Positions 9,816-15,387 of a stretch of DNA of 20,898 nucleotides are shown in pieces. Positions within the stretch are counted from its first letter, which is position 1. Every line of letters starts with the position of its first letter. The stretch is from Planctomycetota bacterium (GTDB lineage Bacteria; Planctomycetota; GCA-002687715; DRQF01): the NCBI GenBank assembly GCA_036479435.1, contig JAZGFI010000009.1, positions 1 to 20,898 of the forward strand. The letters run 5' to 3'. The translations under genes and the position numbers were made by a program. The notes beneath the pieces are model-generated. The model saw only the letters and a list, made by a program, of their open reading frames with translations. It did no database searches and had not been told where the DNA came from.

Positions 9816-10183
9816 TGATGCGGGCGGCCATACGGAGGCTTCATAGCCCTGACGTTCACGACCTGGAGGCCTGGACACCCGCAGATGAGGGATGCTTCGG
9901 GTTCTTAGTGCAGGCGATCGTTGGGCCCCGAGATGGGGCAGGCGAAGAGTCGTTTGACTTCACCGTCTGTAGTCCTGAGTGGCTTGCGCAGATGCACGGC
10001 AGGGACGCTGCGGTGCTTGGGCGGCACCACATACTCCTGTTCGCTTTTGATTTTGGGAAGGTCCGAGATCGGATTGAATCTGTCGTGAACAGCGCCGAAG
10101 GGCGTGATTGGCGGGAGGTTGCCAATCAGATCGCTCGTCACGGGAAGTGGGAGTTTGAGGACTACGGCAGTTGTGAGAGCTGA
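9815..10183 (+). CDS. Immunity protein, Imm8 family
   Basis: TGATG stop/start overlap with rhs. Motifs 'GP....GEESFDFTVCSPEWL', 'GRHHIL' and 'DW..VA..IAR...WEFEDY' are typical of Imm8 (Wea motif). Imm8 is described as the usual neighbour of Ntox7 toxins. Confidence 0.88.
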   Translation: MMRAAIRRLHSPDVHDLEAWTPADEGCFGFLVQAIVGPRDGAGEESFDFTVCSPEWLAQMHGRDAAVLGRHHILLFAFDFGKVRDRIESVVNSAEGRDWREVANQIARHGKWEFEDYGSCES

Positions 10184-10195
10184 CTGGATTGGCTG

Positions 10196-10228
10196 TGTGG
10201 TTCCCGAAAACCCAAAACGGGTTCCCAA
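10196..10228 (+). repeat. Repeat T copy 1 (33 bp, transposon-end-like)
   Basis: TGTGGTTCCCGAAAACCCAAAACGGGTTCCCAA is 32/33 identical to 14726-14758 and 24/33 identical to the reverse complement of 12002-12034. It begins 12 bp after the Imm8 stop. Confidence 0.85.
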
Positions 10229-10355
10229 TCGATCGTTGAAGAGTTCGATTTCGGCACGAGGCTGCTGGCGACACAAAACGTAACTTTGAAGATCAGAGAA
10301 AGTTTGCGCCAGAGTCTCGTTCGGGGAGCTAACTCTCAAACACAAACCTGAGAAC

Positions 10356-10385
10356 AGAAAGCCGTGGCTAACCCCACGGCTTTCT
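10356..10385. terminator. Perfect 12-bp hairpin, likely intrinsic terminator of the rhs-imm operon (or REP-like palindrome)
   Basis: AGAAAGCCGTGG-ctaacc-CCACGGCTTTCT, followed by TCG. Short T runs are present on both strands. Confidence 0.6.
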
Positions 10386-10433
10386 TCGTCCCACGACCCG
10401 CCACAAGCCCGCCACGTTCACGAAAACTCTTCA

Positions 10434-10562
10434 CGCGAACCACGCCCCGAAAAACTCAACCGTGCCTCACAGCGCAACGTCGCGGCTCGAACTTTCGAGG
10501 CCAACCAGAGGGTCTCTGTAGCGTCTCTGTTTGGCCCCGCTCTACGTTTAACAGCTGGGCGA
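10434..10562. repeat. Repeat R1 copy 1 (~130 bp, non-coding)
   Basis: Colinear with 11738-11866 at offset 1304. About 10 mismatches over the 95-nt core 10468-10562. Confidence 0.92.
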
Positions 10563-10791
10563 ATTCTGATGTCTATTTGGGCAGGGGTCCCAGGAACATG
10601 GCCCGCTGAATCCCAACGAAAATTCGCGCCGAACGACGAGCGTTGACTGCGAGCAGACGACGAACTATTGTTGGTTTCTGATGCGTTCAACTCGCGCTTG
10701 GGGATGGCCTCCAGATTTTGGGAAAGGCCACAGCCCATAGACTTGAAGAAGCGCAGGCAACTGGCGGCAATCTGTCCCAATCATACTGGAG

Positions 10792-11616
10792 ATGTCAATG
10801 CGATTTACAATGGTTCCCTTGTTGGTTTCGATTGTGTGCTCGATCGGATTGGCCCAGTCCTTCAGCCAGTACGATTGGAACGGGGACGAGATCCCGGATA
10901 CCTTCGGCGTTGGTCCCAACGAACTCGAAATTTTTGATGGTATTACTGGCCTTGAGATCGGCTCGCTTGCAATCTATCCCGGAGATGACAACTGCCACGG
11001 TTTCGACCTTGTGGTTCATGAAAACCACGTCGTCGCCTTATCAAGATACGACGCTGCTGTTTGTGAAATTGGAACGGATCCTGACGGCGATGGCGTTTTC
11101 GAGTTCTGCTTTTCTACGGCGACAACTGTCTTCGCCCTGTCCTTCGCAGAGCCTGGGGGAACTATCTCATTTGACCAGGTTGCCTACGCCTTTGATTCCG
11201 GTGTGACGACGATACCTAGCTGTACGACCCTCTTGGGCACAATTTTCGGAAGCACCTTGCCCTTCGTTTACCCTCAGGTGAACCTCAACGTCATCCCAAG
11301 CAGCGCTGACTTCAGTATCGACGTACGAGGTGGCACCTACGTCGTTGAGAATGCTCAACCGACCTGGGCTACTTTTGCTCTGCTTTCGGATGGATTCAAC
11401 TCGTCGCAAGTGTTGGGCGAGACACTTCTTCTCAACTTGACTGCGTTGAGCATCGAGTTTTTCCCTGTTGGGCCGAACGGTAGCGTAGCGATTACGGACA
11501 TCAGCGACGATCCAGCGCTGATAGGTAACACGATCTACATTCAATGCGGCCAGTTGTCACCGTTGGGAGACCTGGATCTATCGAACGCGTTGGAGGTGAG
11601 CTACTACGCGAACTGA
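10792..11616 (+). CDS. Secreted hypothetical protein with DxNGD/DxDGD Ca-binding-like motifs
   Basis: Signal peptide MRFTMVPLLVSIVCSIGLA-Q. Motifs DWNGDEIPD and DPDGDG. Beta-rich C-terminus ending 'DDPALIGNTIYIQ...LSNALEV'. ATG 10798 has better spacing from GGAG at 10788-10791 and may be the true start. Confidence 0.8.
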   Translation: MSMRFTMVPLLVSIVCSIGLAQSFSQYDWNGDEIPDTFGVGPNELEIFDGITGLEIGSLAIYPGDDNCHGFDLVVHENHVVALSRYDAAVCEIGTDPDGDGVFEFCFSTATTVFALSFAEPGGTISFDQVAYAFDSGVTTIPSCTTLLGTIFGSTLPFVYPQVNLNVIPSSADFSIDVRGGTYVVENAQPTWATFALLSDGFNSSQVLGETLLLNLTALSIEFFPVGPNGSVAITDISDDPALIGNTIYIQCGQLSPLGDLDLSNALEVSYYAN

Positions 11617-11737
11617 TTTGTGGTGTTGGTGTAGCCTTCAATCCGGGGCCGAACCGCAGCTATGGCGATGCGGATTCGCCCTCGATTTTGACGGGTTCCG
11701 ACGTTCAGAATGCGGCCATCCGATTTTGGGCTGTCCC

Positions 11738-11866
11738 CGCGAACCACGCTCCAGAAAAACCAGTCGCCCCGCACAGCGCAACGTCGCGGCTCGGACTTTG
11801 GAGGCCAACCCGAGAGTCTCTGTAGTGTCTCTGTTTGGCGAGGTTCTACGTTTAACAGGTGGGCGA
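11738..11866. repeat. Repeat R1 copy 2
   Basis: Direct repeat of 10434-10562. The two copies bracket the secreted-protein gene. Confidence 0.92.
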
Positions 11867-12001
11867 TTTTGGATCCTTGTTGAAATCGAGGCTCCAAGAT
11901 CCGAAGCCGTCGATGGTGTGGCCAAGTACGCTTCGAGTGATGCGCGTTGACGGGAGGTTTGGTGTTGATCAGTGTCGAAATCTCTGGCGTCCAACCCGTG
12001 A

Positions 12002-12034
12002 TTGGGGACGGCTTTCGAGTTTTCGGGAACGTCA
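12002..12034 (-). repeat. Repeat T, inverted and diverged copy
   Basis: Reverse complement TGACGTTCCCGAAAACTCGAAAGCCGTCCCCAA is 24/33 identical to copy 1, including an exact GTTCCCGAAAAC. Confidence 0.65.
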
Positions 12035-12097
12035 GCATCTTGAAATGTGAGCGCAGCGAAATCGGCATCGTACAGCTCTTGGTGATTGGATCTCCAA

Positions 12098-12628
12098 TTA
12101 GGCTTTCATGAGACCACGGAAATCCTCATTGATTTCGTTGGTCAAAGTGTCGCAAATTTGGAACAACTCGAACGTCGGCTGCGTTGTGCCGCGCGGGCAG
12201 AAGTAGTCAATTGCCACAAACAGAGCCTTCATTGCGTCCTGTAACTCCTCCTTTGCCTCGATCTCAATTTGGGTATGGAACTCCTTGAGATTCGAAAACC
12301 GCTGAAAGATTGAAGCTGCATAGACTAAGGCATCTACAGCACGGGCAACGAAAATTGGGTCTCGGGCCGTCTTTTCTGTTTTCTGAATGCACTGGCGTTC
12401 AATGGTCTTTAGGGCTTTCTGGCAACGCCTCACATCTTCGTCGTCTATTGGAGTTGCTCGCGGACATTTTGTCCAAAGGCTCACTTTGGCTCTAAGCTCT
12501 ATTAGCGCTTTGCCCTCCGGCTGCGGTACGAATCGGTGCTCGACCCGTTCAATCGAATTGGCTACGAACAAGAACGCTTTCTTGTTGGTGAGGTCCGCCA
12601 AGTTGAATTCGTAGGAAGAAAATCTCAT
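12098..12628 (-). CDS. Hypothetical protein (~176 aa, alpha-helical-looking)
   Basis: Long ORF with natural composition from MRFSSYEF (ATG 12628). The ORF-track extension to 12754 looks non-coding. No family recognised. Confidence 0.6.
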   Translation of the reverse strand: MRFSSYEFNLADLTNKKAFLFVANSIERVEHRFVPQPEGKALIELRAKVSLWTKCPRATPIDDEDVRRCQKALKTIERQCIQKTEKTARDPIFVARAVDALVYAASIFQRFSNLKEFHTQIEIEAKEELQDAMKALFVAIDYFCPRGTTQPTFELFQICDTLTNEINEDFRGLMKA

Positions 12629-12871
12629 TTGGGTTACTCGGTGATTGGAAAAGGACCTGGAAACGAGCGGCTTCTTGTGAACCTCAGTAGTCTGCGACGA
12701 ACCATTGCCAGAGATTGTGTTCCGGGCCGTCTGTCTGTACGAAAGGCGGTGCATCCTCTTGGTTGATTGAAGATCGAAATGCTCAAAGAGGGCTGATCGA
12801 TCACGCCGTACTTAGCGAAGAGATCGTAGCAGAGGTAGCCGACTTCCCAGGGCCAGTTGATGAAATCGCCC

Positions 12872-12966
12872 GTAGCGTGCAGAAAGTCAGCCGACGTCAG
12901 CTAGATGTTCGGATGCGATCTCGTAGGATGACTAAGGCGATCCGTTGTCGCGAGCTTTGCCGACAT
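12872..12966. repeat. Repeat R2 copy 1 (95 bp, non-coding)
   Basis: 71/95 identical, ungapped, to 14871-14965. Identical 17-bp core GATGCGATCTCGTAGGA at 12912-12928. Confidence 0.85.
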
Positions 12967-13252
12967 GACGAGCGCGATCGGCGTAGGTCTCGATTTCCGA
13001 CGGCCCTTGGGCGCTTAAGCCAAAGGCCTGATGGCGGCGATGACAACCTCAGCCAGCGCGACACAAGAAGAACAAGAGGCCACCATGTCGTCGCGGGCTG
13101 CTTTTCTTTCGAGGACCCGGTCTAAGATTTTGCGGGCGAGGGTGGACTCGGTCTCTTGGGCGCTCAAGGACCGCGATCGGAGTCGTCCGTAGGTGATGGC
13201 CTTGCAACCGCGGGAGGCGTTTCGGTTTTCCCTTGACGAAGATATCCAAGGC

Positions 13253-13630
13253 TCAACTGCTCGGAGACAGGGGCAAGCACGCGAGTCGTAGTCCGTTTTT
13301 CAGAATCGCGACTACGGGTAGGTGCTCCGTGCCAACAGGGCAGTTTTCACGCAGCCAAGTCCGCCCATCGTCATCAAGCATCGAGATCGCGACCGAGAGC
13401 GGGACAACGCCCAGGAACCCCGGTTGTTGGTCCAAGGACTCGCCTGAGAGGTCCACTCGATTGGAAAGGGCCTCGAACTCCGGCGTCCCTGCCTCGATGA
13501 TGAGACCTGCAAGGATGGCGTCGGGTTCCAATCGCTGAATCTCGATCGCTTGTTCGACAAGTTGGGGGCCGCGATCTTCCAAGTGCTCCCACGAGCGCAC
13601 CTGTTCGTCGAAGTGGTCGAAGCTACTCAT
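13253..13630 (-). CDS. Hypothetical protein (125 aa), translationally coupled to the pRiA4b ORF-3 gene
   Basis: ATGA start/stop overlap at 13627-13630 and protein-like composition. Confidence 0.65.
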   Translation of the reverse strand: MSSFDHFDEQVRSWEHLEDRGPQLVEQAIEIQRLEPDAILAGLIIEAGTPEFEALSNRVDLSGESLDQQPGFLGVVPLSVAISMLDDDGRTWLRENCPVGTEHLPVVAILKNGLRLACLPLSPSS

Positions 13631-14217
13631 CCGAAGTAGGACTCCGAATCGGACTCGTCCACCCGAGACCGGCCAAAACTCACTCGTTCAGATTGGAGAT
13701 CGAATTTCTCAGGGTCCCATCCGTTCAGCCAGTCGAGGAGGTCTTGGCGATCAACTGGATCAGCGAAGATTCCCATTCCTTTTGACGCTTGCGACCCTCG
13801 TTCGTAGCCCGGAATGCCACCCATGTCTTCACAGGGAAACGCTCGTGCACCATCGAGGAGGATGCGTTGGGCATCGGACTCCATTTTTCTCTTGCCGACA
13901 TAGGTGACATCGTGGTGCCAATCGTCGCCGTAGTCATAGACGTAGAGCAACCGGTCGCCCTTTTTCTTGAATAGCCTAGAAACGGGGACATCGCGGGCGT
14001 CGGGGATGCCGTCGACGTCTTCTTCGGCCCTTGTGTCAACGGCGACTTGCTTCCTGTAGTCCCTGCCGAAAAACCAAAGGTGGCACTCTTGCCAACCGCA
14101 TGCCTGAATGGCCCGGTGAAGGTCATACATCGAAGCAGGCTGGCGCAGAAGGAAGCGCCGCCAAACTTTGGGTTTGATTTCCTTAATCTCAACTTCGAAC
14201 TCAAAATATGCGGGCAT
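13627..14217 (-). CDS. Plasmid pRiA4b ORF-3 family protein
   Basis: Motifs 'IKPKVWRR', 'DLHRAIQ..GW..CHLW.F', 'YVYDYGDDW.H.V', 'G.RA.P.EDMGG..GYE' and 'WDPEKFD'. GGAGGT lies 7 nt before ATG 14217 (alternative start 14238). Confidence 0.92.
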   Translation of the reverse strand: MPAYFEFEVEIKEIKPKVWRRFLLRQPASMYDLHRAIQACGWQECHLWFFGRDYRKQVAVDTRAEEDVDGIPDARDVPVSRLFKKKGDRLLYVYDYGDDWHHDVTYVGKRKMESDAQRILLDGARAFPCEDMGGIPGYERGSQASKGMGIFADPVDRQDLLDWLNGWDPEKFDLQSERVSFGRSRVDESDSESYFG

Positions 14218-14403
14218 CGTAGCCACCTCCGACTCCATCTTGACTGAGGTCTGGCGGTGCGGTCAAGCGGGTCTTGTTCCGAATTGTTGGATGGTGGTGG
14301 TAGCAAGAGGCCTTAAGAGGCTCCGCCGTTCTCAGGTTTAGCTGCAAAAGGGATGGTGGCCTGGCTTGGCGAGGGTGTCGTGCTCCTCACGAAGGCGAGA
14401 ATC

Positions 14404-14661
14404 TCAGGAACCGTTGTCGTTGGCAACGGCGAGGACCCGCCCCTGCTTCGCCGCCGGTAAAAGGAGGAGGTCCAGCACCTGCGTCATCCTCGCCCGCGAG
14501 ATCCCGAGGCGATTGGCAGCATTGGCGTTGCTCACGAGCGTGCCGTCCTCGACGCATCGTTCAACGTAGTGGGCCAGAGCGAGCCGCATCGCCAGAGCCG
14601 AAGGTGGTTGAACAGTCACGACGGCAATTCGCCGTTCGCGAAATCTCAGGCGTTGGGTCAT
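14404..14661 (-). CDS. Small HTH protein (85 aa), paralog of 19860-20147
   Basis: MTQRLRFRERR...PPSALAMRLALAHYVERCVEDGTL...AANRLGISRARMTQVL is near-identical to the recombinase-linked gene over its first ~60 aa. GAAGGAAGGA RBS upstream. Confidence 0.8.
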   Translation of the reverse strand: MTQRLRFRERRIAVVTVQPPSALAMRLALAHYVERCVEDGTLVSNANAANRLGISRARMTQVLDLLLLPAAKQGRVLAVANDNGS

Positions 14662-14720
14662 TGGTTTCCTTCCTTCGCGAGCGCGACCAAGCCTCGTCGT
14701 GATAGTCGATCTCAACGTCT
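14658..14720 (-). pseudogene. Remnant 3' tail of a second serine recombinase copy
   Basis: Matches 20144-20207 (encodes DVEIDYHDE) with a 1-bp deletion (aagcctc vs aagccctc). Homology stops at repeat T. Confidence 0.85.
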
Positions 14721-14725
14721 GTGGT

Positions 14726-14758
14726 TGTGGTTCCCGAAAACCTAAAACGGGTTCCCAA
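14726..14758 (+). repeat. Repeat T copy 2
   Basis: TGTGGTTCCCGAAAACCTAAAACGGGTTCCCAA, 32/33 identical to 10196-10228. Preceded by an extra TGTGGT at 14720-14725. Confidence 0.85.
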
Positions 14759-14870
14759 GTACCTGTGATCGAGGCCGATTGGAATTCTAACAAGAGGGCC
14801 GGTCTCGAACCGACGGCGCTGCGCGCGGGGCGAAAAGTTGCAACGGACCCGTGGCGAGAGATCAAAGGGT

Positions 14871-14965
14871 GTAGCGGACAAGAAGTCAGCCGATCTCGAA
14901 TAGGGGTTCCGATGCGATCTCGTAGGAGGGTCACGGCGATCAGCTGTCACGATTTGCGCCGACAT
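14871..14965. repeat. Repeat R2 copy 2
   Basis: Direct repeat of 12872-12966. Core at 14911-14927. Confidence 0.85.
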
Positions 14966-15150
14966 AGCCCGGAAGATTTCCGAGATCACGTGCAGGCCAC
15001 GACTGCCGACGGACTTCGGGCGTGAAAGTCAATGACGTGATGGCGGCGTTAGGCAGCGCGGCGATAGTAGGATTCGGCGTACGATGGGATAGGGCAATTA
15101 ACTCAGTTCGTTTCTTCTTCTCTCGCGAGCCATCACATGCCTGCCACATC

Positions 15151-15281
15151 CGCAAATCCGCGGCCTCGAAAAACCAATTGTCTCGCATGGCACACCGTCG
15201 AGGCCCCAAAAATTGATGCCGATTGGAGCGTCTTCGTTTAGAGAGGCTCCACGTTTAGCAGTTGGCCGAATTCTAAGATCC
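15151..15281. repeat. Repeat R1 copy 3 (diverged, 11 bp shorter)
   Basis: Shares GAAAAACCA, CGTCG.GGC, G.GTCT..GTTT and ACGTTTA.CAG.TGG.CGA.TT blocks in the same order. The GAAAAAC-to-ACGTTTA distance is 83 bp versus 94 bp in copy 2. Confidence 0.75.
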
Positions 15282-15387
15282 GCTGATCCCGAAATCTGAG
15301 CGCCGAGTTCGCCAAGAACGGGCAATTCCATTTAACCGTGTTGAGAAGTTCTCCAGATGTCTGATTTTACTCGGGATTCTGAAATAT

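Noticed and set aside
10418..11994. Minus-strand ORFs 10418-10780 and 11638-11994 sharing 'TETL.LASKVRAATLRC'
   Set aside because: The similarity is confined to repeat R1. Many substitutions are non-synonymous and copy 3 has a frame-breaking 11-bp difference, so I treat R1 as non-coding.
14317..14344. Possible fourth R1 core (AGGTTTAGCTG, 9/11 match to the right arm of copy 3)
   Set aside because: There is no left arm or upstream R1 homology, so the match is compatible with chance.
12887..14933. Short peptide 'SYEIASE.L..(V/I)G*' conserved in both R2 copies on the minus strand
   Set aside because: It is preceded by an in-frame stop in both copies and has no start codon, so it reflects DNA-level conservation.
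10196..15281. CRISPR array or integron attC interpretation of the repeats
   Set aside because: Spacing is kilobase-scale and irregular, there are no cas or intI genes, and I found no RYYYAAC...GTTRRRY long palindromes.
15330..15387. A matching inverted T end for the copy at 14726
   Set aside because: Only TCGGGA (15371-15376) matches, and there is no target-site duplication.
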